Assembly (NCBI RefSeq): GCF_964355755.1
Contig: NC_092680.1
Coordinates: 6,324,001-6,388,000 of the forward strand
Direction of reading: 5' to 3'
DNA length: 64,000 nt
DNA from: Antedon mediterranea
Taxonomy: Eukaryota; Animalia; Echinodermata
The notes beneath the pieces are model-generated. The model did not search any database. It had not been told where the DNA came from and was given only the letters and a program-made list of their open reading frames with translations. Shown piece by piece: positions 15,394-29,200 of the stretch; position 1 is the first letter of the stretch; every line of letters begins with the position of its first letter. The translations under genes were made by a program, and so were the position numbers.

Positions 15394-18300
15394 TCACCTT
15401 TTCTTTACTGGATCATTTCTATAAAAAGAATTATGGGAAAATTAATACTAGAGACGTACCTGCTTAAAAAGTTATTATGTTTTGTTTCTTTAAAAAACAA
15501 AAGAAGTTAACTACCATCAGGACAGAATTTGTAATACAATGATTCTAAAACACACATGCCTTATAATAAAGCCCGTACAGGTTTAATAATTCATCTGGAT
15601 TAAATTAGTAACCTACCCACAAAGTATAGTGATAATGACACCATGGAATTACAGTAACTTAATTGAAGGTCTGAACTCAAAGGAAATGCATTGGTGATAA
15701 AATATATGTTAAACGTTGAAAAATATATTATTATTATTATTTAACAAATGTTTCAAAAATAAAGTGATACTTACGGGTACCATAGAGTTGGAAAGGCCTC
15801 GATCTCCTCTGGGGTATATTCACGTAACGTTCGTGGAATTTCTCTCGGTCCTTTTATTTGTTCCACTATATTATCTCGTATATCTTCAGGTATGTTCTAG
15901 GTACACAAAATACACACAAAATAAAATCAATTTCACTCAAGTCAATAAATATTTAAGAAATTCCCTTACAGTAAAGCGTGGTTCCCACTAGCGACGCAAC
16001 ATAAAGCAATGCAGCGACTTTTTGACGCAAAGTGCTGTATTGCGTAATCACAAGTGGGAACCGACGACGCAACAGTGCTGCAAACATCGCAGGTTTGATT
16101 TCACGCAGGCGGGGGCAAACACAATTATTGGAAGAGCATTTTCTTACGTTGCATCGTTTGCGTTACGCCGCTAGTGGGAACCACGTTTAAGTGTTATATA
16201 GAAGAATTTGTGAAATTTAAGGGTAAGTACTTCATTTAGCCTACTGTATGTTTGAATGGTAAAAATATGGCAATTCGGTGCCAAGATCTGGTTACTGGGA
16301 TCGAAACATTCATGTTAACCTAAAACCTACACCATACTTACATCATCTTCAAATAAATGCAGACGACACATAATAGTTCTCCGCCTCAAGTCTTTGGGAA
16401 GCATTCCATATATTGCTTTATGTACTATCTACAAACAAACAGTATCAGGGAAAATATGAATAAGAATATTCAAATGGTATAGCATATTTAACCAGAAATA
16501 GTGTGTCATTAAAAGTATTGGAAATAAAATTAATAATATACAAATAATTAATGCTTATGAGTGCAATGGGGCAAAAAATTTCTCAAGGTGAAAAATAAAT
16601 GGTTATATTTTCATGAGGGGAAGCCAAAAATGTTAGGTCCGATCAGGGAGTTGTAAAATAATAATTTTACAACTCCCTGTTCCGATTGACTGCCATTTTG
16701 AATGTTATTTATGCAAAAGCCAAGCAAAAAATATGCGGTGCTATTGAATTTCCACCGCGACGAAAATGCAGGACTCTATTGCATGTAATGTCGAGAGTGC
16801 TATAGTGCAGGACTGAAAGAATCTACATAGGTGTTTCATAAATTAAATTATTCACTTTTTTTGGATCTTGTTCATGAAGTTTATAGGCAGGCATACTCTT
16901 GAAACCTCTTGGATATCTAGAAAAAAAGTGGAAACATGTAACATGGTTTATTGTGATCACAACCGCGGTGAGCTATTAGCTATTTATTCTTTATACTGGG
17001 TAGCCTCTTCAGTCAAAGACTGTTCTTCTAGAGTGTATAGTACTACAGTATGATGAGTTTGTGACAGTGGCTGTGTGTGAACTAGAAGTACACCGGGGTA
17101 AGACCCTACTCGCCGATGTTATGGCTATTACGGTTCCACTGTTTTAATCGTTGTCTTTAGTTGGTAATGGTTAAAAAGGGTAAATAACATTCCAATCTTT
17201 CTTACCCTGTATGATAATGGTATATCTTTTCCTTCCATTTATCTAATGAGAATGCAACATGCTTGGTATTTATAATAACCACATGGTCACCGACATCACC
17301 TAAAAAAACCAGTCAAAATTATATTTGCACATGCTTGGGAACTTTTCCAAGCTGAAAAAAAATCTTTATAAGAGTGTTAAGAAAAAATGTTTATGATGGA
17401 CATAATTAAATTTTTAAAATACTGTAAAGTAATGCAGAGTGTAGTATAAATGGATCTATACTGTGCTATTGCTTTATAAAAAAAAGAAAAATATGATGGG
17501 CGATTTCAGATTTGTTATCCCTATCAACGCTGCTTTTAGGAAATGACAGAAACTAAACATTTACTTACTTAATGGATGGTATATCGGTTTATTTTTGCCT
17601 GTTAAAAAGGGTGTTACCATCGCAGCCAATCTACCCGGTGGTTGTTTGTATGCATCTACAAGGTACCACATGCGACCAAACGTTAACCATTGCTGAAGAA
17701 GTAAATGTAATAATGCTTGGTATTACTATATATTATTGTACATTATCAATGTTGTATCCTCACCATCGCGAAAATAAAAAAATGTAGGCTACAGTACTAT
17801 ATGATGGATAAATTAAATGGCAAATATACTGTAGTAGTAGGCCTACTGGATCGTCCTAAATACCAGCCCTAAGCCCTACCATTATAAGGTTAAATTATAG
17901 GATAAAAATAGGATATGTTTAGAGTGTTGCATTTTAATAGTTTTGAGGCCACTTTGGTGTAATAAATGTTATATATAATCGGGTCGGTCCTCCTCTTATT
18001 ATACCAAGCCCTGCCATTTCAAACTAGGCTTCCTGAAGTGATACAATGTCAATGATACATTTTTATATATTTTATTATTTACCCTTACGCACAATAACAC
18101 ACAGTCAAGACAAGGAAATTTAATTTTTAGCTAGCCTATTAGGTCTAGGTCAAACCAAGATATACTTCTCCCACCCAACGAAATGCGTTTGAGCAGCTGG
18201 TGGAGTCCTCTTTTGGATGATTGGCCTAGCCTACTTACTAGCTAGGCCTAAGCACTAGCTAGCTCCGATTTATAACTCTTTACCCGCCGCAACTATTTCT

Positions 18301-18398
18301 GGGTAAATTGCTAATAAAGAAAGCATTGAATGGTAAACTAACTATTTTTAAATGACACACAAACATTTTACCTGAGTTATTCTACTTGACAATGACAT
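15394..18398 (-). CDS. MRPL13: Mitochondrial ribosomal protein L13 (uL13m)
   Basis: Minus-strand exons 18398-18372 (MSLSSRITQ), 17692-17569 ([36 protein letters not shown]), 17299-17206 ([30 protein letters not shown]), 16916-16856 (YPRGFK..A.KLH..DP), 16428-16342 ([25 protein letters not shown]), 15896-15775 (IPEDI..NIVEQI..PREIP..L.EYT.EEIEAFP.LW), all GT-AG and in frame. The last exon 15418-15394 (PNDPVKKR*) is less certain. Confidence 0.95.
15975..16187. mobile_element. MITE, Harbinger-like
   Basis: TIRs agcgtggttcccactagcg.cg.aac / gtt.cg.cgctagtgggaaccacgtt with TAA on both sides. Confidence 0.78.
16990..17152 (-). mobile_element. Internally deleted copy of the Deu-domain SINE
   Basis: tactgggtagcctcttcagtcaaagactg...cagtggctgtg...acaccggggtaa..ccctactcg | ccgatgttatggcta...cggttccactg matches 1997-2275 with a central deletion. 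Confidence 0.7.
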
Positions 18399-20427
18399 TT
18401 TATTGTAAATAAACTTTGGGAACACAACATGAGAGAAAAATGTTTATACCATCGTGTGTGTGTGTGTTGTGTAATTATTTGTTTCTCTTCTCTTATTTTA
18501 CAGCGCCACCTATATTCTTACAAGTCAGTTTTTCAGCCAGACGGCATGAAGAAGCGTCTATAAAATAGAGAATTTTAAAATAATAATTTAGACAGAATAA
18601 AACCATTTTGTCTTGATAAACTGTGCCATACGTAGCCTTAATGTTATTGTTTGCATTACTGACATATATGAGTTAAATAATAAAAAGTTTTTTTTGCTTT
18701 TTTAGGTTAGCCCCGTTGACACCTATTTGAATGTACACCTATTTGATTCTCTATTATAGGCCTACCAATAGTTTTAAAGATTTCTACCATACACTAATGA
18801 ATATGAGACCTATGACAGTACCATATCATGGTTGAGTCTGATGCAATTCTTACTAATGCTTTCTAACAGGAATTGAGAGAGGTAGGCTAATCATGGAGGT
18901 ACCTCTATGGGTTAATATTGCTCATCCGCGAGAACTTCCGTAGGAGGAAGTTAGCATCGTTACCGAAATTGCTGGACCAAACCGATCTTAAAATGATGCC
19001 TGATTTAGGTCTTAGTACGACAGATATAGGGGATGGCCGATAGGCCTAAAGTGTCTTTATAAATAAGCAGGTTAGATGAGACGGTAGATACTACTTGAGT
19101 CAATTGGTTGCTAAGTTGGAACTGAATTTGCTTGAGATAATAGCTATGTACGAAACATAGGTAACACCAACACAATTTTGTAATAAAATAGATCAAGGGG
19201 AACCGCCACTCTACCTGAGTATCGCGCAGAGTTGAGGGCGTGACGGTCACATCAGAAATGTTGTTTTTATCAGCAAACCCGTTAGGGTCAAACAGTCTAC
19301 TTTATATTATTCCACTGTTCTGGGTTAATTCTATTCTGGGTTAGTATAATTGAGCTATTAGCCTCAGCCATAGTACTTGAATAACGCACCTGTCCACGAC
19401 ACCGTTTACTGCCAGTGAGCAGAGGCATTCCTCTGCATTAACGTCTGGACCCCTACTGCACAACGAAATTGTCCTATCAATTCACCTTCTGTGACAATCG
19501 ACGCGGAATACCTTACGAACATAGAAAATAAAATGCATTTGTAATTCGGTGCCTGATGTGAAATAGCTACGTGAAATGACAAGTGACGTACAGCATATTG
19601 ATTTACAAACACGTGAAACCATGCCTTATCAGTAATTATTATAGTAGATTTTGTGTTTATTACGATTTATTTTTGTCTCAAAATTCACTCGCGGGAGATA
19701 CAACCAGCAGCTTTTTAATGAATGAGGACATATGAGATAGTAATGGAATTATATATAGTAAAAACTGAAATAGTTTGAACTTTAATAGCATCATGAGACA
19801 AACAGATGATGTAGAATACGTTTTATTCGTTATTAATTTTTGTTATCGTTTATAACTTTGATAGTGATAATAGATTCCAATATATGATATTCAATCAAAA
19901 CAATCAAATGAGGTAAACAAGTAAGTAGGCCTATAGTTTCGGTGTGCAGTCATTTTGCTTTAGGCCCCAAGGCCCCATCTTGATAAGCGATTGATGTGAG
20001 TTGTAGGCCTACTGTAGACTGTTACCTTATAAGAGATGGATAAAGGAAAATACAAATTTAACCTATACATTATACACCAAGCAATGAAATGGTTTAGCTT
20101 ACTATGATTATAACATTGTTTAAGACCAGGTAGTTTGTATCAGCCCCCAGAAACAAAACAAGATTGGGTAGTTGTACATACCGTAATGTGAAAATATTTT
20201 TTTCTTTCTTCAGCCCTCAGGCCTAGCGTTCCATTGTATCCCATAGGTACGACCACTATAATACATAGTGTTATACTATGTTTCATACAATTATGTTAGT
20301 TTAATTGACTTTGAAAGCAACCAGATTCAAGCGAAAACATACGAACATTGTATTTTTTTTTGCAAAATAAACAAATGTAATATAATATTGATATAGCATC
20401 ATCCTCCACCTACTCCACATGTCCCCC

Positions 20428-20488
20428 TCATCATCTTCATCATCATCATCTTCATCATCATCATCATCTTCATCATCATCATCATTAT
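20428..20488. repeat. (TCA)n/(GAT)n microsatellite
   Basis: Imperfect tca/tct triplet run. Confidence 0.85.
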
Positions 20489-21395
20489 CTGGCACCGTGG
20501 TCATATAAAAAGATAAATTGTACAATCAACATATTATTATTCAAGAGAGAAGTAATAATTGCAAAATATCTTTCATGTTTTTCGTAGAAAATTAGCATTT
20601 GTTAAATATGTTAAAAACTTTAAAAGTAATCAAACATGTCTAGAAATTTGATAAGAATCTCTTAGTTATCATTATGTACACAGCGGAAAAAGAATTGAAT
20701 CAGATTTGGTGGATTGTAATGTTTTATTAAGGAAATGAATGGAAAATTGTTGGAATTTATTTTAATCTCAAGCGTGAATTTATCTACCCCAAGATATAAT
20801 TTAATGAAACTTAACGACCTTGGCCCACGCCCCATACCACTGCATCAACAGTAACACAATAATGTAATATTCACCTGCTATTATAGATAAAACATGATTT
20901 GAATATACCATCAGTAAGAGAAGTAATGTCAATAATAACTATTGTAATGCTACACCTTCGTTTTTGCTAACATTTGAGGTAGGCCTAGGTTATTGGTGCA
21001 ATAGATAGCCTATGGAGAATTTGTCCTATGGTTTCTGTAACTCATTACTCTTTTAGTTTCGAATAATGTTATTCTTCTATCTGTATGTAAGGTAGTTTTG
21101 GTAATTATTTAGGTTGCATCTAGCAACAATATAGGCTAAACTTACCAATTATGTAAGCCTAGAACTCAAAAGACTAACTCTGGTAGTTTTTGTTGACCTG
21201 TTGTAGTAGGCCCGTGGTGGCACAACACTCTAGATAATGTTAATTTATGAACAATTTATTATGTTTTAACACAACATAAATAACACAATCCAAATGTGAC
21301 TTGTCTAAGAAAATCTAATGTAAAACATAAGCGAATTCATGTAGCTATATCGTCACCAAGATTCAAGATTCAAACTTTATTTTTTGTTTAAATCG

Positions 21396-22173
21396 AGAAT
21401 ATTGTCATTACACAGGATAACTCACATGAGGCAATCGAGTCCAAACTCACTGTGGTTGACTCGGACCCTGTTTCTATCTAATTATACCACCGGTCATGCG
21501 GATTATTTTGTGTATGAAAATAGTCATTAAACTCACAACAAGATCCTCACATTGAATCAATTATAGATTATAAGAAGATCCATATGGAACATATGATTGT
21601 GACATACAATTTAATAAGGCTAGATCATAACTAAAGGTCTAGCTGTCGTCTGCCCGGGAAGTTGTCAGCTAATGTACTGGCTAGATTGAATATTGTCTCG
21701 TCATCAACATGGGTGTCCGAGTTATTGTATCCAAAGTCATTATATTTGATTGTCGAGCAACAACAAATTATGTCTATACGTGGTGTGTAATAGTTTACTT
21801 TTCTGGAAGAGTTTATACTTTTCACTGGGATTATTAGTATTGCTATAATACAAATTCTGTAGACACACAACTTCAAAGAGGATAGAGGGAGAAAGAGTGT
21901 GTTTACATTTCCTTCCATGCAAAAATTCATTTCATAAAACAGTATAAAAATATTTCGAAATGAAGCCTAAATAACTGGACCTTGCTTATGTTGTTATTTT
22001 GAAAGATTTATGACATTGTGAAAACAACAGGCCTTTTGGAACCCAAAGCAAACTTTAAAGAAACTTGCCTGAAGCGGTTTAAGTTTCGTTTAACATTTAG
22101 TTTCGGTCACAAACAAAAATAGGTTTTGAACAGGTTTACACATGTGAGTTATCCTGTGTAATGACAATATTCT
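21396..22173. mobile_element. Unclassified TIR element (about 780 bp)
   Basis: Perfect 33-bp inverted repeat agaatattgtcattacacaggataactcacatg at 21396-21428 and 22141-22173; no clear TSD or transposase motif. Confidence 0.65.
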
Positions 22174-23110
22174 GGTTATTAATTTCTTACAATTGAAAAC
22201 ATCATGTTTGGTTATTTTTCATCAGACCCTATTACAATTAGCGCATTAAACTAATAAATTGTCTAAATAGGCCCACAAGTCAAATTGAATGTAAAATAAT
22301 TTGAACTGAAAATTTAGTCGTTGAAAGGTTATCTTAATGTCATCATACCACCATCATTTAACTGTTCTTAGGGGCAATGCTAGAAGTTCTACCCTGTGTC
22401 CTAAAGCTGCAGGCTATAGGTGACATACAGTTACGAAGGATTTTTCGTGACTTATAGTAAGAATATCTCAGCCAAATACTACAGAAACACAGTCGTGTTA
22501 TAAATTAATAGGTTTTATCAAAATACGTTATCGTCTGAAAACAAATTATATTATGGGTTTGTTTTCTTAATTAGAATCTATCTTGCCATATTATTTTTCC
22601 CTAGTCGTCTGAATAGCCTACATTTATTTATTTTTATTTTGGAATCCATTGGAACACTGATTACCCAATGGCAAAGTAAAGGCGTTGAGTTAAATTGTCA
22701 GGAAAGATAGATACACTACATGATATTCTGATCTATGAAAACATGAGCAATTTGAAAAAAGAAACCATTTGAGCAATTTGGTATTAGTATGTTGTTTTTT
22801 TTCCTAAATTAAATACATGCGAGTTTTTTTTCCATTTACTGTGATGTAGTCTTAATGTCGTGTCCTTTAAATGCACACCAATTCAGATTATGATAGTGTA
22901 TTAAATTGTTCTATACATTGAAATTTGATGAATGTACACGAAATGTTCACAACGAAATTAACAGACATTCCTCCGATATTATGAAGAACATCAATGTACC
23001 TTACAGAAACGCCATAGGCCCGTGGCTTGTGAGGTATTTACAGAAGTGGGCTTATCTTTGGCGTCTTATTATGTACACTGCTGTAAACTCACCGTATACT
23101 ATTTTACCGG

Positions 23111-23126
23111 CCAATGGCAACATTGG
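23111..23126 (+). promoter_or_regulatory. Inverted CCAAT pair in the probable collagen promoter
   Basis: ccaat-ggcaac-attgg about 180 bp upstream of the collagen ATG in a locally CpG-rich stretch. Confidence 0.3.
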
Positions 23127-23295
23127 CGTCCCGTGGTGCTTCAAAACCCGAAGAGCAGTAGATCAAGTTGACAGTAAGTCAACCAGAGCAGTCGCTAGGA
23201 CGAGCCGATTGTAGAAAGTCAGGGACTACCATCGTTGATTTTTGTGGATACTTCGAGTACAGATTCCACGGATCTGTAGCCACGTAACCAACAAC

Positions 23296-26200
23296 ATGTT
23301 GACGAGGTATTTTATTCATTTATTTCTTATTACATTGTCTATTTATGTTTCTATTGCAGCATCAGAACACATAATATTGACTCTTCAACTTTTTAGCAAA
23401 AGTTACTAATTAGAATTAGTGTATTCCTTTTACTAATAACAAGTTTTTAGTATTTTAAAACTATACTGAATGTAGAACAATGTAAAGGTTACATATTTCC
23501 AGCATCCGCTATAATACTATCTATAGGTATTTAAGAGTTAACTCGGTATGTGGTAATGTTGATCTACGCTTGATGTTTCGGATTTTTTGATATCAACTAA
23601 CACGCTGCAGGAAACACATTCAAAACATGGTTGCATGTATCTCATGAAGCTACTAAAGTAACATGATCAATAATTAATCGAAACTAAGAATAGTACAAAT
23701 TGTGGAAAACGATAAACAGAATTCTCAGGAATGATCATAGTTTATAAAGGCTGAATTCTTCTGGCACGCTAAATAAGCAATGTATTAAAAAACAAAATAT
23801 TGGCTTAAAGAAATTGTTATGATAATATAGTACAGTAGTATTTTACAGACGTTCCCATTTATGGCAAATATTCAACTATTTCAAATATTTGAGAATGTCT
23901 GAATTCTACTCATTTTATGAAAAAAAAAAAAAAAACACATTATAATGGATTTTAAATTTATACTTTCACAATACGGAGCTTATTCTCAGTTCTGGCAGGG
24001 AGCGGTGAAAGTTTACTCTTCCATGGTTTTGGTACCTTATATCATGGATTGTGCTTGCATTGCATTGTATTGGATGAAGAGGTACACACGTTCCTCATAC
24101 AGTCAAGCAAGATTGTTGTAAACCGTTTTTTCACCACTCGATTCTCTTTACTATACCATTTACAAACTCTTTAAACTAGTAGTAAATATTTAGTTGCAGA
24201 GAGAGAAACCCTTCTTCGAAACATCGCTGATTAACGAGGAAGCCTTATTTAAAACAGGACACTTTCCGGTAAACGAATGTAGAGGGTAATGTGTAAAATA
24301 TATGTACAATTATTATTTTCTTTATTTTCAATGGTGTCAATGTCAACGTAAAAATCATGGAACGGTAAATGACAAGAAATTATTTTCTGAAATTATACAT
24401 TTTTATAACAAGGCAATGTGAATAGCACAGGTAAATAAAATAAATTAGACACGTAAAAAAGTAGAATAATAATGGAAACAAAATACATTTGTATGCAAAT
24501 ACAGTAAACGGCTTTCATCTATGTGCTCATTTACATACAGCGGCATCTACTTAGTATGTAGAGTGCCATGGTAATGATATGTATAGAAACAGTGTACTGT
24601 TCCGCCGCCATTTCCTTATCATGGTTAAAATAAATTCATTGTATTTTCTGTATCTGATTAAAGGTGTATTATCTTTAAAATAAATCCTGAAAAGCCAATT
24701 TAAAAAAATGTTCATGTACTACCACAATAAAGTTAACTAGGTATGCATGTTTATTTTATTTATCAATCAATAAAGTACGGTACAGTTGAGAAAGGAGAAC
24801 ATTCATCAGTGTGTAGAAGATGTCCGCCGTCTCCCAGTGGGAGATCCGTTTCTGACATTTATGGAATGCAAGGTGTGGCATTATAATAAATACAATTCTG
24901 AATCTATTTTAATTCATATTTGAAATTATTAGTGTAGTTTCGTATCACGAGGTTCGTGGGAAAAGCACGTTCTGGTATTCATTGAGGGCACACACGTGTG
25001 TTTATCTCAACAAGACCGCATTATTCATAATTAGCTCGGTAAATTGTGTCAGGTAAAGGTGGTATAAAGAACAGTGCGACTTATGTCTTCATGAACATTC
25101 TTTCATTCCCTCTTCAGAATTTATGACATTTATCATTAGTTAGACATTACATTGGTTAATGTAAATTTTAATACGGTCACTTGAGAATGTTTAAGATAGT
25201 GTGATCTCCTACTAACCACTGTGTGACAATGTACCTCACGTCTCAACATTTGGTACTTCTTGATTAAACGTGGATCTGAAAATTCATGCACATATTATTA
25301 GTTCAAGTAATATTTGTTGGCATTAAAATCTTTCTGTACGCAATATTTTTTTTAATTTATTTGTCCTAATGATGTTTAGCGGCGTAAAAAAGAAAACATG
25401 TAGGGTAGGTCTTGTGTCAAACAAAACGCAGAGCTTATTTACCAGATTCACAATCTGAAAGAGTAAAGTGACCTGAAATGTATTCCATCTCCAAAAACAT
25501 TCAAGTCACGATACTCAATTACAAAGTTTTCAACAGACCTAAATACCTAATATATTAATCTTTTATGTAGGCCTACCGTATTATGCGTTTATTAAACATT
25601 TTCACAGGCTTTACTTTCAGTTAATTAGGCGAGATAACAAAATTATCTATCATTGATTTAATAAGACTTTGCTCATAGAGCATGTGTCACTGCAATGTAA
25701 CTATCATAATAATTATGCTTATTTTATTAGATTGTTTAAACGGGGGTATTTTAACCAGATTTTTTCAGCAACAAAAAAGTTTCAAGAACGTATAGTATGG
25801 CTGACAAAGATCATACTAATTTAATAACATAAATGTATATTCAGCCGATTGACTTTTAACGTATCAACATTCATGTTTGAATTAATTATTTTGCAATAAC
25901 AATTGGAATTGCATGTAATTGGATGGTTTAGCCTAAAAGCTTACTATTATTATAATAAAGTTTTTGTTTGAAATTTATACTGATGATACAGGCTTCACAT
26001 TCGCCGCAAGGATGACCTTGACAGTAATGAATGAACCCAGTTGCTACAGGGGTTATTTTGTTTTTGGCAGCATTGTGCAACTGAAAATACTTTGGACCAA
26101 TTATAAGCCACAACTTTCTAAAAGGTCAAAATGTCTTTGATCAAAAGATTTATTTTTACCTCGATACAATTGTTCTAAATAACATATTTAAAATTATCGT

Positions 26201-29200
26201 GTATTTATATTTAGATGTCGATAGCAGGGTCTGCCATTTATGCTGCTATTTAACAATACAGTAGAATTTCGCGGAACAGATAGAAAGACCTTGATTAAAG
26301 ATAGATAAAAGATAAAACTATTTATTTATTTGATTTGGTCAAAATTATTTTACAAGACAAAAGAAAAATACAAAAAGATAAACTGATATAAAACTGCAGA
26401 AATACAGCAATTTTGGTAATGCCGTACTATTTACTTTAACTGTAGGCCTATATTTCTATATTAGTGTCCTTAATAATTCGAATTCCATTGAGGGTCAATA
26501 TAATACCCAACCACGTTAATGATATTTCTAGTTTATAATCGTTTTCGTGAGTTTATTTGATTTTCATGAATAAAAAAAAATTATAAATAAATCTGATACC
26601 AATATTTAACGTAATTCTGTTTATTTTTTCTGGTCACTGACCACGAATAGATGTATTGAGCCACTTGTTTACATCTCAATTTCCACGTTCTATATTGATG
26701 GAATCTACACCTTATCTAAAACTACCAAGTGTAACAAAAAACACTCTAATTGTAGTTTGAATATACGATATACGAATATTTTTAAGCTAAACATTTTTTT
26801 TTATTTGCATAATTTATACTATCAATTTTTTTATATAATATATGCGTCCATTTAAGTTTAATGGCCCGGTTTATATATAGATAGAGTATTTTAGTTCGTA
26901 TGTGCATGATCGAATACTAAACCATATTTTTGTAAAATTGATTTATCATTTGTGTAGTTATTTTATTTGATAAAATTTAGGAATTCAATTGGTATGCACT
27001 TTGAAGGTATTCCGATATCCAATGACCCAGTAGGCTTTCCATACGTACCAATTATGTTCAATTGAATTTCATTAAAAATGATTAGAACTAAATTAAAATG
27101 ATTGTAAAAAACAACGATGACCTGTAAGAAAGTGATTTGGAATAGTTACCTATGTATTTACATTAGTATCAAAATAATTGCGTTATGTTTCGTCTGAAAA
27201 TAGAATATTCAGTAATTTTAACAATCTTGTAAGCGATCTGCTTACTTGCTTCCCGTCGCTTGGACTGGTGTGCGTGGTCAGTGTTGACCATTAACTGCCT
27301 GCTAATATTAATACTACTAGGTCTACTATAGCTAATGATCCGCTAATGATAACCTAAGAAGTCGCTAGGTCACTCTCAACAACCATCCTATTTCGATAGC
27401 AAATAAGACTCACTTTACACATACTGAACTATGGAACTAATCACTATGTTTCTAAACAGTTTATTATGTTGATTTGCATAAGTTTATAATTAAAACATAT
27501 TTTCATAATTGCTAGTTGAAATTGTAAATGTTTTCTTTACTAATCAAATGTAGGCTTGATGTACTAATTTAACATTTCGTCTAATAAATAATATATTTGT
27601 CAGAAAGGTTGTTACTTGCTAACAGTTAGGTTGCTTATTTTTTTTCTTATCTGTGAATAAAATGTTTAACCCCTGATAATTGCACGATTAATTTCCTATA
27701 TACTATTTCTTTAGGTTATGGAAAGAATTAATACAAAGCTATAGATTATTGTTTTTTCAGTTCAATTACAAATACATATTTTTCTTGTCTGAAATGAAAC
27801 TCCTGCAAGAGTTTACACATGCGCAGCAAAGTCTGTCAAATTAAATATTAGATAAGCAATTAATAAAACAAATCTACCATTATTATCAAAACGAAATATA
27901 AGTTATTTTTTTTAAATCAATGTATTATAAAGAATGATAAAAATAGTAACATTAAAAAAACAAACACGATAGATTCTTCTGGAACGAGAAGATGACGTCC
28001 ATAAATTTCAGATCTGAAACATCTTGTTTAACAAATAATGTGAACTAAAATAATTTGTGAATTAAAAGTATAATAACAACTACATAGAACAAGTGAGACG
28101 TTTCTGTACATTACAATCTGCTAGTGTTGTTTAATATGCCGTACCTTTGGCTACTGGCAAAACATTAAGTTTGACAATTGTGTTTGTAGTTGCAGGGCAC
28201 ATAATTTGGTCCAACGCGTCCCCTAGCGGAAGTTTCCCCCCCTGAAGATGATTTAGAGAATAAAAAAGTGTAATCGGATTTACTATCCTATTGCAGTATA
28301 ATACCATTCTCACGAACAGATTGCCTAAAGGCTGTTTTTACATACGTTAAGAGTAGTAGTATTCTACTCATTACACCTGATGTACGACATATCCCCATGT
28401 TGCCGTACGAAGCACTCGATTTTCGACTCTTCTTATATCGAGAAAGAACATCAAAACGAGTCACTTTCAATTTTTAATTTGTCCTTATTCCCAATGAAAG
28501 TAATGCTTATTAGTTAATTTCTTCTGGGATAAGTATTCCAAATTCAGTTTCATGTTCCATAGCAGCTGGGCCCTCTATCTGGTGTACAACGAACATAAGT
28601 AGTGAAGACCCTCTACTTCGTAAGAATAGACAACAGCGATAAATTAGTAAACTATAGCAACCTATATTAAGTAGGCAGCTGTTAATAATATTATATGTAT
28701 GCATGTTATTTCATCATTATTTTCTTAGACTGTGAACTTAAGGTTTTAAGTACATCCTTCAGCCCCCACAAACGAATGAAAAAACATTAGATAGCTTTTA
28801 ACTTCTGTTGAGAAAATTGAATTTATACTAAAATCATGCGTATAATTCATGACAATGTTTGCTTTATAGCATCTCGTAGCCACATATATTAAATAAGCAC
28901 TTTATAAGATTAGGTAAGATAAATCTCATGGATTTTTTTTTCTTGATGCTTAATTACACCCACTAAACAGTAATAAAAATCAATACAATATACAAAGACT
29001 AATATCAGAAAAAGTACATTACATTTAAAAATTTGAGTTAGTGTTTACCGACCGACCAACCGACCGACCAACCAACCATCCGACCAACAGACTGACACAG
29101 TGAGCTGTAGAGTCGCGTTTGCACGCGACTGAAATGTTAGGAAACTGTTAACATGATCTTTATTGTTTGGTATGTCCAGCTATGTCTGAATAACAAAACG

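Noticed and set aside
20301-20525. Minus-strand ORF with a poly-Asp/Glu tract
   Set aside because: Explained by a (GAT)n microsatellite; TTG start and no convincing splice context.
22906-23214. 102-aa ORF upstream of the collagen
   Set aside because: TTG start, no recognisable domain; overlaps the probable promoter and 5' UTR.
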